Program-made: the position numbers and the translations under genes
Assembly: GCA_045105515.1 (NCBI GenBank)
Contig: JBGCDR010000132.1
Span: 1-17,052, forward strand
Reading direction: 5' to 3'
DNA: 17,052 nucleotides
Origin: Oligoflexales bacterium
Lineage (GTDB): Bacteria > Bdellovibrionota_B > Oligoflexia > Oligoflexales > Bog-1112
Shown here: piece after piece, positions 15,220 through 17,052 of the stretch
Position numbering within the stretch: the stretch's first letter is position 1
Layout of the letters: the number at the start of each line of letters is the position of its first letter
The notes under the pieces: generated by a model
What the model was told of the DNA's origin: nothing
What the model saw: only the letters and a program-made list of their open reading frames with translations
Databases searched by the model: none

Positions 15220-16164
15220 CTACTTTTTCTTGCCGGCCTTTTTAGAGGTAGATTTCTTGGCTGCCTTCTTAGTTTGCTGTTTCTTAACAGTTTTCTTTTT
15301 AGATACCTTTTTGGCTACTTTCTTAGAGGCCGTCTTCTTTTTGGTAGCTTTTTTTCCTCCTACTTTGGTCTTCTTCTTAGTAGCCGTAGCCTTTTTAGAC
15401 CTAGTGGCGGACTTTCTATTTGACTTTTTACCTCTAGCCGACGAAGCAGTGCTAGTTGGCTGGTAATCTATCTCAATCCCAAAGAGATCTTCAATGTCGT
15501 CATCTCCTGTACCAAATTCATTGCCGCTAAGATCTTTACTCGCTTCTGCGATTAGTTCTTTAGGATCTTGTCCTCTTAGTAAGAAAAATAGCATGGGATC
15601 TTCGTCAAAATGCACCCCAATACCATACAAGGTTGCTGCTACATGCTTGCAGCAATCGGCATAATCCGGACAGTTGCAGTTAAATTTAATTTCTCCCGAC
15701 TGAGGGAACAAACCACTTTTAGGATCAGTAATAGTTTTAGAGACGTTTGAAGGTAGCTTTCCATTCAATAAATCTACAAGTGAATCTATTTCCCCAGAAC
15801 ATTTAGAAACAATACGGTTGAATGAGGGCTTTGTCAGAGACTCAAAGTCAATCGATACTTTGTATAGTTCTGAGCCACTTACCTTAGCCACCACCTTTTT
15901 TTTCGAGATCCTTAGATCTACAACAGCACCACTGCGAACATAACTGCGTCCCCGCTCTAAGCGGTAGGCCATATCTCTATAGGTTTCAATATGCTTACAC
16001 CAAGCTTGGCCCCAGAAGGAGTGGGCGATTTTAATGCGGCTTTTTACTACTACCGGAGCAACTTTCTTATCTTTCTTCTTTAATTTGGCCACCATCTTAG
16101 CAGCTTTAGCCTTCCTATCGGCTACGGAGACATACGGAGGGTAGTAATCATAGTCATATTGCAT
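15220..16164 (-). CDS. SWIM zinc-finger protein (SNF2 partner, YwqB-like) with a histone H1-like basic C-terminal tail
   Basis: WG.AW, RLERGRSYVR.GAV, SWIM CNCPDYADCCKH (15643-15678), DPMLFFLLRG; the last ~75 aa are Lys-rich. Confidence 0.9.
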   Translation of the reverse strand: MQYDYDYYPPYVSVADRKAKAAKMVAKLKKKDKKVAPVVVKSRIKIAHSFWGQAWCKHIETYRDMAYRLERGRSYVRSGAVVDLRISKKKVVAKVSGSELYKVSIDFESLTKPSFNRIVSKCSGEIDSLVDLLNGKLPSNVSKTITDPKSGLFPQSGEIKFNCNCPDYADCCKHVAATLYGIGVHFDEDPMLFFLLRGQDPKELIAEASKDLSGNEFGTGDDDIEDLFGIEIDYQPTSTASSARGKKSNRKSATRSKKATATKKKTKVGGKKATKKKTASKKVAKKVSKKKTVKKQQTKKAAKKSTSKKAGKKK

Positions 16165-16179
16165 AGTTAGACCTTTACT

Positions 16180-17052
16180 CTAATTTATTTCAGCGGAATT
16201 TATGTCTAATGATACTAAGTTCAAAATCTCTTCATTACTTAGCTCTGTCAACTTCACTTCCTGACTGCCTTCTATCACATCGTCAGACAAGCCTTTCTTA
16301 TCTTCTATCATCAAATCAATTTTTTCCTCAATAGTTCCGCGGCATATAAATTTGTGCACTATAACGTTCTTCTTCTGGCCAATTCTAAATGCTCTATCGG
16401 TAGCTTGGTTTTCCACAGCGGGATTCCACCATCTATCGAAGTGAATAACATGAGAAGCTTTGGTAAGATTAAGACCTGTGCCGCCAGCCTTTATGGACAA
16501 CACAAAATATGGAGCTGAGGAGTCTTTCTGGAACTCATCTACCATCTGCTTTCTTTTCTTCACTGGTGTTCCACCATGCAGGACAAAACCCTTACGTCCA
16601 AAAACCTCAGCAAGAAAGGTGCATAAAATATCCGTGATCTCTTTAAATTGAGTAAAAATTAAAACTTTCTCACCCCTGGAAGCAATGGTTTCAGCAAGCT
16701 CCTCAAGACGGTAAAACTTTCCACTCTGCTTATAGTCGTAGATATTATCGCTATAGTACTGAGAAGGGTGATTACAAATCTGCTTGAATTTAAGTAAGTA
16801 ACCAAGGATTAAACCTCTGCGTTTCATATCAGATGTTTCATCCGAATTTAGCTCGTCTGACAGCTCTTTGATAGTTTGCTTGTAAAGTTTTATTTGCTCT
16901 TTGGTTAGCAAACAATAACTCTTTAACTCAGTCTTATCAGGAAGGTCCGAAATTATAGATTTATCTGTCTTTTTTCTCCGTATAATATAGGGTTGAACCA
17001 GTTTACGTAGTGGTTCATATGAAGCGCCTGTATCCTTCAAGCCTTTTACAAA
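16180..17052 (-). CDS. SNF2-family helicase/ATPase (YwqA-like), C-terminal part; 5' end outside the window
   Basis: KQICNHP, KVLIFTQF, LSIKAGGTGLNL, DRWWNPAVENQATDRAFRIGQ. The frame stays open to the window edge. Confidence 0.95.
   Translation of the reverse strand, partial: FVKGLKDTGASYEPLRKLVQPYIIRRKKTDKSIISDLPDKTELKSYCLLTKEQIKLYKQTIKELSDELNSDETSDMKRRGLILGYLLKFKQICNHPSQYYSDNIYDYKQSGKFYRLEELAETIASRGEKVLIFTQFKEITDILCTFLAEVFGRKGFVLHGGTPVKKRKQMVDEFQKDSSAPYFVLSIKAGGTGLNLTKASHVIHFDRWWNPAVENQATDRAFRIGQKKNVIVHKFICRGTIEEKIDLMIEDKKGLSDDVIEGSQEVKLTELSNEEILNLVSLDINSAEIN

Larger units (their letters stand above)
14349..17052. mobile_element. Probable edge of a genomic island integrated at ssrA (other end outside the window)
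   Basis: ssrA 3' ends are known integration hotspots. No intrinsic terminator follows ssrA, arm-type repeats are present, and accessory-type genes follow. No integrase is seen in the window. Confidence 0.45.

Noticed and set aside
15230..15466. 78-aa hydrophobic plus-strand ORF
   Set aside because: Antisense shadow of the Lys-rich SWIM tail.

Overview
AT-rich bacterial chromosomal window. Gene content and the Gly-initiated tmRNA tag suggest a Bdellovibrionota/Oligoflexia-like organism (inference only). Left to right: secreted ORFan; response regulator with a His-less CheA-P1/HPt-like C-terminal domain; divergently transcribed Lys/Thr-rich histone H1/Hc2-like protein; plant-type K+-dependent H+-pyrophosphatase; small acidic cold-shock-fold protein; MATE exporter with a Fur box; class 3 asparaginase-like gene plus RluA-family pseudouridine synthase; a minus-strand three-gene unit (Ser-less alpha/beta hydrolase, DUF4175-like membrane coiled-coil protein, PI3K/HipA-like atypical kinase); an intact tmRNA (ssrA); and, after its 3' end, a probable island edge with integrase arm-type repeats, an ORFan and a SWIM + SNF2 pair (SNF2 cut by the window edge). 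The most interesting unannotated signal is a set of sigma28 (FliA)-like promoters in front of the H1-like gene, the acidic cold-shock-fold gene and the pseudo-HPt regulator. This suggests a motile-phase nucleoid-compaction module reminiscent of sigma28-controlled Chlamydia hctB. Several proteins have lost canonical catalytic residues. All family calls come from motif recognition by eye, not from database searches.
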